This document shows positions 55,423 through 64,000 of a stretch of 64,000 nt of DNA, one piece after another. A program made the position numbers and the translations under genes. Numbering within the stretch: the first letter of the stretch is position 1; each line of letters begins with the position of its first letter. The stretch is from the NCBI GenBank assembly GCA_951406725.2, contig OX597817.1, positions 930,001 to 994,000 of the forward strand, in the 5' to 3' direction. Under the pieces are notes generated by a model, which was not told the origin of the DNA, did no database searches, and was given only the letters and a program-made list of their open reading frames with translations. Origin of the DNA: Octopus vulgaris (lineage: Eukaryota).

Positions 55423-57045
55423 TTCAGGTAGATGGCCCTGCTGGATCTGTAGAAAAGGCGTAGGTAGGAACTCTATAAGATGCACCAAGTGTAAGCTATG
55501 GACACATAAGAGGTGCAGCAATGTCAAAGGAAGGCTAACTAGGAAAATAGTTTTTGTATGCTCAGGAGTAATAAACACTGAAAATGCTCTGAGACCAACT
55601 TCTGTCACTTTCCAGGGAGAAAAACTAGAAATAGTTGATAGCTTCCGTTACCTAGGTGACCAAGTCAGCAGCGGGGGCGGGTGTGCTGAAAGTGTAACTG
55701 CTAGAGTAAGAATAGCTTGGGCAAAGTTCAGAGAGCTCTTACCTCTGCTGGTGACAAAAGGCCTCTCGCTCAGAGCAAAAGGCAGACTGTATGACGCATG
55801 TGTACATACAGCCATGCTACATGGCAGTGAAACATGGGCCGTGACTGCTGAGGATATGCGTAAGCTTGCAAGAAACAAAGCCAGTATGCTCCGATGGATG
55901 TGTAATGTCAGTGTTCATACTCGACAGAGTGTAAGTACCTTGAGAGAAAAGCTGGACCTAAGAAGCATCAGATGTGGTGTGCAAGAGAGACGTTTGCGCT
56001 GGTATGGACATGTAGCGAGAATTGATGAAGATAGTTGTGTGAAAAAGTGCTACACCCTAGCAGTTGAGGGAAACTGTGGAAGAGGCAGACCCAGGAAAAC
56101 CTGGGACGAGGTGGTGAAGCATGACCTTCGAACTTTGGGTCTCACTGAGGAAATGACTAGAGACCGAGACCTCTGGAAGTATGCTGTGCGTGAGAAGACC
56201 CGGCAGGACAAGTGAGACCATAACCCGTGGCCTTCTACACGGGATGTAGCCAGTCCACTTATGCATACCTTCCCTTCTTGGGACACAAAACTCTACTTGT
56301 GAAGATCTGTTGAGGCAAGTGAGAATCAGAATCGAAATCGATCAATGGAAATTGCAGCTGAGTTACCAGTGCCGGTGGCACGTAAGAGAACCATCCGAAC
56401 GTGGTCATTGCCAGCACCGACCCGCCTGGCTTCGTGCTGGTGGCACGTAAAAAGCACCATCTGTTCGTGGCCGTTGCCAGCTCCGCCCCGACTGGCCTTG
56501 TGCTGGTGGCACATAAAAAGCACCATCCGTTCGTGGCTGTTGCCAGCCTCGCCTGGCTCCCGTGCCGGTGGCACATAAAAAGCACCATCCGATCGTGGCC
56601 GTTTGCCAGACCTGTCTGGCACCTGTGCCGGTGGCACGTAAAAAGCACCCACTACACTCATAGAGTGGTTGGTGTTAGGAAGGGCATCCAGCCGTAGAAG
56701 CATTGCCAGATCAAACTGAGCCTGGTGCAGCCTTCTGGCTTCCCAGACCCCAGTTGAACCGTCCAACCCATTCTAGCATGGAAAGCGGACGCTAAACGAT
56801 GATGATGATGATGATGATGATGTATGTGTGTGTATATGTTTGTGTGTCTGTGATTGTCCCCCCAATAGCACTTGACAACCGATGCTGGTGTGCTTATGTC
56901 CCCGTAACTTAGCGGCTCGGCAAAAGAAGCCGATAGAATAAGTACTAGGCTTACAAAGAATAAGTCCTGGGGTCGATTTGCTCGACTAAAGGCGGTGCTC
57001 CAGCATGGCCGCAGTCAAATGCCTGAAACAAGTAAAAGAGTAACA
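55208..57045 (+). mobile_element. SINE family B split by an RTE insertion in its internal microsatellite
   Basis: Head at 55208-55370 and tail at 56822-57045 ending ggcggtgctccagcatggccgcag..gaaacaagtaaaag. Confidence 0.8.
55418..56821 (+). mobile_element. 5'-truncated RTE LINE with (GAT)n tail
   Basis: FRYLG, HGSETW, RRLRWYGHV, GRGRPRKTW; stop at 56215; its 3' end recurs at 60562-60698. Confidence 0.93.
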
Positions 57046-57514
57046 GAATATACACCTCCTCTTCTACATCCACCTGCCTGGCTTTTCTCCTGACTATAAA
57101 ATTCCTATTCCACCCTTATTCATTCTCTGTTCAAAACTGGAACTGGTAACTTCCATTATTCCTCACCACAGATCATAACTGGACATTCTCATTTGAAGCT
57201 GCTGTTGGATATTACCTGTCACTTGTTTTCATTTGATCATGGATATTACCTATGCATTCCTATTTCACTCTGGTCCTTCCCCCATTCTTCACAAACTGGA
57301 ATATACTAATATCCTCAATTGGAAACTTTCCCTCACATTTACATCTCTGATCACGGTATACTCAGCCCTTGAAATCCTTACTCAATACGGTGATCCACAT
57401 GCTTGGCTATTCTAGAAAGAGCTGTAAGAGACTCAATATATCTGTTTTCTCTATCTAAATTAGGTGACTTTTACAAACAGTTTGCTTTTCCATTTCTGCT
57501 ATATATATATATAT

Positions 57515-57825
57515 ATCACCGTGATCACCGTGACCGACCAGGCCATCAGATGTTACTACACATCGCTGGTCACAAAGCGCATATCATTGTTTTAGCCTTC
57601 AAATAACGCCACCCCGCTGGCTAAGTGAGCAGGCCAACAGAAGAAAGTGTGAGAGAAAGTTGTGGTGAAAGAGTACAACAGGGGTCACCACCACCCCCTG
57701 CCGGAGCCTCGTGGAGCTTTAGGTGTTTTCACTCAATAAACACTCACAATGCCTGTTCTGGAAATTGAAACCGTGATCCTACAACCACGATTCTGCTGCC
57801 CTAACCACTGGGCCATTGCACCTTC
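57515..57825 (-). mobile_element. SINE family C with (ggtgatcac) tail
   Basis: Same head as 10216-10536; tail as in 23340-23421. Confidence 0.85.
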
Positions 57826-58144
57826 ATGTATATATATTGTTGCATTTTGGGATGGTCTTTTTTTTTGCCAAATAAACACATACACTTTATATATTTGTTC
57901 TTCATTTGTTTTGGAAATCTTTCGTCACACATCTGTAACCTCTTCAGCGACACTTCCCTGCCCTTTATATAGATTTATTAATTTAAAAAAAAAAATGTTT
58001 TCATCTATCTCTATTTCTTATATTTGGCAAAAGAAAACAAAATGGCCATCCTGAAATACAATATCTGTTTCAGTACAAGATTTCACATCAGGAGTTTTGC
58101 AACACATATTCATAAACGTGTGTATATACCTACATACATATATA

Positions 58145-58387
58145 CATATTTCCAAAATAGAAAATTACCCTTTAACAGGTAATTTTTACATGCTAGAAAT
58201 AGCAGCCAACACGGCCAAAAACCACAATTTAATAGCAAATTTCAACTGTTAAATAACAAGGTAAAGGTTTTTATTTTTCATCTACTTCGAAATTTGCTAT
58301 AAAATTGTGGTTTTTGGCCGTGGTGGCTGCTATTTCTAGCATGTAAAAATAACCTGTTAAAGGTTAATTTTCTATTTTGGAAATATG
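58145..58387. repeat. Fold-back (~95 bp arms), probable PLE terminus
   Basis: 58145-58243 is the reverse complement of 58289-58387 with few mismatches. Confidence 0.8.
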
Positions 58388-59220
58388 AATATGTTGTCTA
58401 TTGACTTTTTATACATGCTGGGCCACTGGTGGTGATATTTATAACGAGTATTCGCCACCATATATATATATGTACATATATATATATATGTGTGTGTTTG
58501 TGTGTATATGTGTTTGTCTTGACATCATTTAATAGCTGTAGTAAAATGGTGGTTTCTGTCAAACAAGCTGTGTCATTCATTTCCAATATTCAGTGAGAGT
58601 ATGTCAGGTGAGGAAGCATCACTTTGCTTGGAAACGAGTATTAGTGATAAGAAGAATATCTGACTAGAAAATCTGCTTCAATAGATTCCGTCCAAACCAT
58701 GCAACTGCAATTATTTCACAGGCTACTTGTTAAATGTAAAATGACAAAGCAACAATCCCAGGTTGATATTAGACAACTGTATTCACTTAATCTCGATGTA
58801 TGGATTCGGAAGAAAAAGTTCCATCTAAATTACCAAGTTCTTCAGTTAAAAACAAAACAAAAAGACGCACACCTTAAACCTGAAACAACGGAAAAAGCAA
58901 AAAAGCCCCAAAAGCATTGGTTTTCTTTACTGTTGAAAGGGTAAGGGGCAATAACTCTTGATACGCTATTCCCACTGCTGACCATTGTAAAGAGGAAACC
59001 ACCAACGGCATAAATCGTTTACCGTTTACTTGCTTCAATCATTGGACTGCGGCCATGCTTGGGCAGCTACTTGATGGGTTAAGCAGAAAAAAATCAACAC
59101 CAGTACTTTTTTTTTAAGGGTGATACTTATCCTATCGGTGTTTATTTTGCCGAATTGCTAAGTTACAAGTACGTAGACAAATCGACACCAATTGTCAAAC
59201 GGTAGTAGGAGACAAACATA

Positions 59221-59321
<101 letters not shown>

Positions 59322-59561
59322 GCACACACAAACACACACACACACGACAAACTTAGAGTTTCCATCTACCAAATCCATTCACAAGGCCCAAGATTATAAT
59401 AGAAGACAGTTGCTGAAGGTGGAATCCTGTGGCTGGGAAGTGAACTTCTTACCACATAGCTACGCCTGCACCTATTGATAGTTTTTTTTTTGTTTGGAAA
59501 AATCTATTCATTTAAAAAATAACTCTGAAAATTACTCCAGTTTTTTTTTTTTAATTTACAG

Positions 59562-59668
59562 TATACGATAGGAAGATCCAAACTTCTGATATAATAAACA
59601 ATGGTATCCTAACAAGCAATGGCAAAAATCAGAATCTTTTATTTACTTCAAGACCAAGGTTAAATACC
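59562..59668 (+). CDS. FAS1-domain protein exon 3
   Basis: Poly-T tract then tttacag acceptor; phase 1 in; VYDRKIQTSDIINNGILTSNGKNQNLLFTSRPRLNT; GTAAGT donor, phase 0. Confidence 0.85.
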
Positions 59669-60963
59669 GTAAGTAGTACCTTTTTGTTTTTTTTAGCAAT
59701 TCCTTTTGATTGTTATTTAGTAGCAGGTTAGGGCCCTGATCTTTACAGAACTTTGGTCAAAGGCATTGAAGCTATGAACATCACATTTGGTATTCTTTAT
59801 CCAGAACTACATTATGCAATATGCTCTTCCATTACCAAAATAATAAGCTATAATCTGAAGGAGATTTAGCTGCTATTTCTAGCAACTTAAGCAATTTCAT
59901 TGACTTTTTGATTGCTTAAACTGCTAGAAATAGCAGCCAAATCTCCCTCAAATCACATTTTGCTGTCTTGTTAAGGAAAAAAGACCATGCATAATGTAGC
60001 TGTGGACAAACCATGCTTGAAAAAAAAAAATAGTGATTGTCACAGCTTTGATTGCGAGTGTTCTAGATCAGGGCTTGGCCTGCTTACAAATAACATTTGC
60101 TTGGCATTTTCTACCTTCTTTTCAAAACAAAATAAGGAAAAAGTTAGAATTTTAGGTCAGTTGATCCAGTAAAGTCGGTAAGTAGAAGTAATTTTAAAAG
60201 CAATTCTGAGACTCTCAGCTTATTATGCTAAACCTGCCTAAAGTTTTCCTGTGGGACTTAAAACCTTATAAACATCCTGCAATGTACAAAATAAATGACG
60301 ATGCAACATACACCAGCACAATTAATTACACATCACACTCAACACCCAAATTAATGAGAGCCTCTGATCAGTACTTAATGATTTAGGGCTAGAAACCTTG
60401 TAAATATTCTGTTATGCATCTAATATTGTCCAGCTTTCACAAAGAACTTGTTGTGATTAATAAAAATAATGGATCTTGTGCCAGTTTTCCAGCAGTTTGA
60501 TTAATTGACTTATTTGCGTGTTGAATTATGGTGAAAGTGACTGAGTATTTGACAAACATTTGAAGGGCATCTAGCCATAGAAACATTGCCAGATCAAACT
60601 GGGCCTGGTGCAGCCTTCTGGCTTCCCAGACCCCAGTTGAACCGTCCAACCCATGCTAGCATGGAAAGCGGACGCTAAACGATGATGATGATGATGATTG
60701 TAGGATTAACACAGTAATAAGGCGGAATCAGTGTGATATTGTATAATAAAGCAAAACCCCTAAAATTACATACCTTAAATACCTCTGACCAGTTTCTTCT
60801 CAATTTTAACACAAGGTTTGAATTGATCCAAGGTTCTGGTAGAAGACCCCTGTCCAGGGTTTTGCTCAGTGTGATGTAACCTAAGGCTTTGTAATTGTGA
60901 AGCAAACTTCTTAACCATTCGGTCATGCTTGCTGCTTTGAATGATACTTTACGAAACCCAGCA

Positions 60964-61200
60964 TATAGGGAAGACTCAAAATGTATAGGCATGACTTAAA
61001 ATGTATAGGCAAGGCCTAAAAGGCACCAGATCAATTCAACATGTATAGGGAAGACTCAAAATGTATAGGCATGACTTAAAATGTATAGGCAAGGCCTAAA
61101 AGGCACCAGATCAATTCAACATGTATAGGGAAGACTCAAAAGATACAAGAAAGACCCAAACAATATAAGGAAGACTCAGAAGGTACAGGGAAGATATAAG
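60964..61200. repeat. 20-bp minisatellite with exact 80-bp higher-order duplication
   Basis: 60964-61043 equals 61044-61123. Confidence 0.9.
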
Positions 61201-61574
61201 GCTTACTTCCTGATCACTTACTCTCAATTAGTTTATTGAGCTTAATTAGTAAGACTAGGTATGTTTACGTATCTATCTATATCTATATATAATGTATTAC
61301 ATTATATGCTATGTAGTGTAAGGTGTAAATATGTGAGGATCGTCATTGTAGTGGATTATTTGTACCATAATTGTGTGGAATGGTTTCAATCAGGAATCAG
61401 AATTAGGTCAAGGTTTCGTATATTGAGAGCTTGCTCTTTTACTCAGTTGTATTTACCCTCATCATTCCATTCTGCTTGCTCAGCTGTAAAATACAACAAA
61501 TAACTTTTACTAGGCACTTAATTTACACTTGTATGTTACAAAGACAAAGGACAAAACTTCTTTCTGCCACTCAT

Positions 61575-61700
61575 TCTATCCTTCTATCTCTCTATCCTTC
61601 TCTCCCTTCGTCTATCCTTCTATCTTTCTATCCTTCTCTCCCTTCGTCTATCCTTCTATCTTTCTCTCCTTCTCTCCCTTCGTCTATCCTTCTCTCCCTT
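61575..61700. repeat. 36-bp pyrimidine-rich tandem repeat, ~3.4 copies
   Basis: tctatccttctatctYtctatccttctctcccttcg. Confidence 0.85.
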
Positions 61701-61769
61701 CGACTCTCCATTCTACTTTCTCTCCACTCACATACTCATTCATTCATTTCATAAATCTTTTCTCTGCAG

Positions 61770-61939
61770 AATTCTTATAACACTGAACAAATCTACATCA
61801 ATGGTGCTCGCATTATACGGTCAAACCTCAATGCCATTAATGGAATTATACATATCATCGACTCAGTTTTGCAAGTAACCAGCAACAATCGAGCTATTGT
61901 ATATCTGGCTCGGCCTGAAGACAGCCGTGTTAAAACCAG
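61770..61939 (+). CDS. FAS1-domain protein exon 4 (gene continues)
   Basis: Acceptor ttttctctgcag; IYINGARIIRSNLNAINGIIHIIDSVL (H2 motif); CAG/GTGTGT donor, phase 2. Confidence 0.9.
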
Positions 61940-62204
61940 GTGTGTATACACAGTTTTACTTTTCTCTATTTTCCATATATGGTTATCTTTGAATGAATGA
62001 TAGGGAATGGAGGATTACTTCATCCTAGAATTGCCTCCGACATACAAAAGAAATATACTTCGGTTGGTGCTAACATACTTATTGAAGTGAGCCGAAATTG
62101 CTTAAGTAATTAAAATTATAACCTTTGTATTGAGGAGAAAACTTTCCATTAGCTTTGTTACGTTTAGAAAGGTAGGGGAAACAGCCCTGAAATATGATAT
62201 TCTT

Positions 62205-62637
62205 TTCTTTTCTACCCTAGGCACAAGGCCCGAAATCTTTTGGGGGAGGAGGCCAGTCGATTAGATTGACCCCAGCACGCAACTGGTACTTAATTTATCG
62301 ACCCCGAAAGGATGAAAGGCAAAGTCGACCTCGGCAGATTTGAACTCAGAACGTAAAGACAGACGAAATAGCGCTAAGCATTTCGTCTGGCGTGCTAGTG
62401 TTTCTTATTTCTTTACTACCCACAAGGGGCTATTCACAGAGGGGACAAACAAGGACAGACAAACGGATAAAGTCGATTATATCGAACCCAGTGCTCAACC
62501 GATACTTATTTCATCGACCCCGAAAGGATGAAAGGCAAAGTCGATCTCGGCGGAATTTGGTCTCAGGACGTAAAGACAGGCGAAATACCGCTAAGCATTT
62601 CGCCCGTCGTGCAAACGATTCTGCCAGCCCGTTGCCT
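62205..62637 (-). mobile_element. Tandem/nested pair of SINE family A copies
   Basis: Same layout as 5405-5800. Confidence 0.85.
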
Positions 62638-63130
62638 TCCTGAAATATTACATTAACAGAAACTGTGTGTCGTTCTGTAGTGGATGGTAACTGATCTTTT
62701 TCAAGCATGGTGACAACCCTGGACATGTTTTGAAGTCCAGAAAAAAATCGTGTGTTTCTCTGGATGAATACAAAGATTTATTAATCTCTTTTCACTTTTT
62801 CTTTTATTTATATAGAAAGAATAAATGGATCTTATTAATCTCTTATTAATCGTACAAATTCTTTCTTATGAAAAATATTTTGCCACGGAAACTTCACTAA
62901 ATGCATGTTTGTTTACGTCTTTTTTTTATTTTTGACTTGTTTTGGTCTTTGAGTTGCAGTTCTGCTAGGTTCCAACTTAAAGATTTAGTTGAACAAATCA
63001 ACTCCAGTACTTGTTTCTTTCTTAAGTCTTGTACTTATTCTATCAATCCTTTTGCTGAACCACTAGGTGTTGGGGTTGTAAACAAACCAGCACCAGTTGT
63101 CAAGTAGTGCTCTCTCTCTTTCTCTCTCTA

Positions 63131-63166
<36 letters not shown>

Positions 63167-64000
63167 TGGTTTCCACACAATCTCTGTCTATGACATTCAC
63201 TCACAAAGCAATTGTTGTCCCAAAACTGTTGTAGAAGACATTTTGCCACACAGTAGGATTGAACCTGAGACCATATGGTTGCAAAATGAACCTCTTAACT
63301 ACACAACAATGCCTACAATGAGTACTAATGTGTTGTTTATTCATTCTTTTAATGCTTTTCTCATATTGGATGTTTATTTCTATCTGGCTGCCACTGGATT
63401 CTTCATTATTTACCTTTACTCTCATTATTGAATACTTTTGTTCTTTTATAATTTCACTTTCCAGGAAAATCAGCCATTCCTTAATTTTAATTTTCAGGGT
63501 TTACTTTTAGGGTTCAGTAGATTCTATGATAGCAAAGTATTCCAATTGTATGTTTTTTTCTTTGTCTTGGCTTTTATGGTCTTATTCTTTCTCATATTCC
63601 TTCAAGTTTTCCCTTTTCAAGACCTTGGTTTTAGAGTCCAAGGAAAGAAACACCCCAATACTTCTACTCCCTACCTGAAAAATTATCTCTTAACATATAT
63701 CCAACAGATGCCAATGAAGCTTTACAGTCCTAGATAGAAGCATCTCAGAAATCAGAATATCTCTGTATGTTTGTCTGTCTGTGTGGACCATCTCGTTATC
63801 CTTATGAATAACTGATAACTTGGGTAGTGATTTTGTTTAACCTTTTTGTTACTGTATTTATTTTGAGATTCTCTGTTTCTTTCAATTACTTTGAATATAA
63901 CAAAGAATTTAGTAAAATAACTTTATCATTCAGCTAGTGTTAGGAACATAAATTGTGACAAAGGTTTGGTGGAAGACTTTAATTCAAAACTTATGGAAAC

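Noticed and set aside
56369-56650. CRISPR-like repeat-spacer periodicity
   Set aside because: The apparent spacers are homologous to each other, the array lies in an RTE 3' UTR, the context is eukaryotic and there are no cas genes.
57905-57980. Minus-strand CTGAAGA-stem-GAAA hammerhead-like motif
   Set aside because: Stem II is present but no stem I pairing was found; at best a relic.
63438-63737. Candidate FAS1 exon 5
   Set aside because: The acceptors examined give early stops in the required phase 2 and no FAS1 motifs; the next exon is probably outside the window.

Overview
This is eukaryotic, AT-rich, microsatellite-saturated DNA. The SINE and LINE families look like those of octopus (coleoid cephalopod); that assignment is an inference from repeat content. 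Most of the window is mobile DNA: several modular tRNA-SINE families, CR1-group and RTE LINEs, R4/Dong-type RLE retroelements sitting in (TAA)n, Penelope-like elements (PLEs) with fold-back ends and degenerate hammerhead ribozymes, mariner/Tc1/Tigger remnants and MITEs. One well-supported host gene is present: four phase-compatible + strand exons (38891-61939) encoding a signal peptide plus a divergent fasciclin (FAS1) domain, continuing beyond the window. A possible small two-exon membrane-protein gene lies on the - strand (2358-393). Three structures stand out. (1) A 5.2 kb 21-bp minisatellite is open in all six frames and is preceded in frame by a signal-peptide-like leader. (2) A ~4 kb inversion with a ~455 bp inverted duplication splits a Tigger element inside FAS1 intron 1. 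(3) A PLE has an Asn-coding (TAA)n linker that was hit by nested TAA-associated elements. Most ORFs in the supplied track are microsatellite artefacts. Coordinates were counted by eye; boundaries of decayed repeats are approximate.
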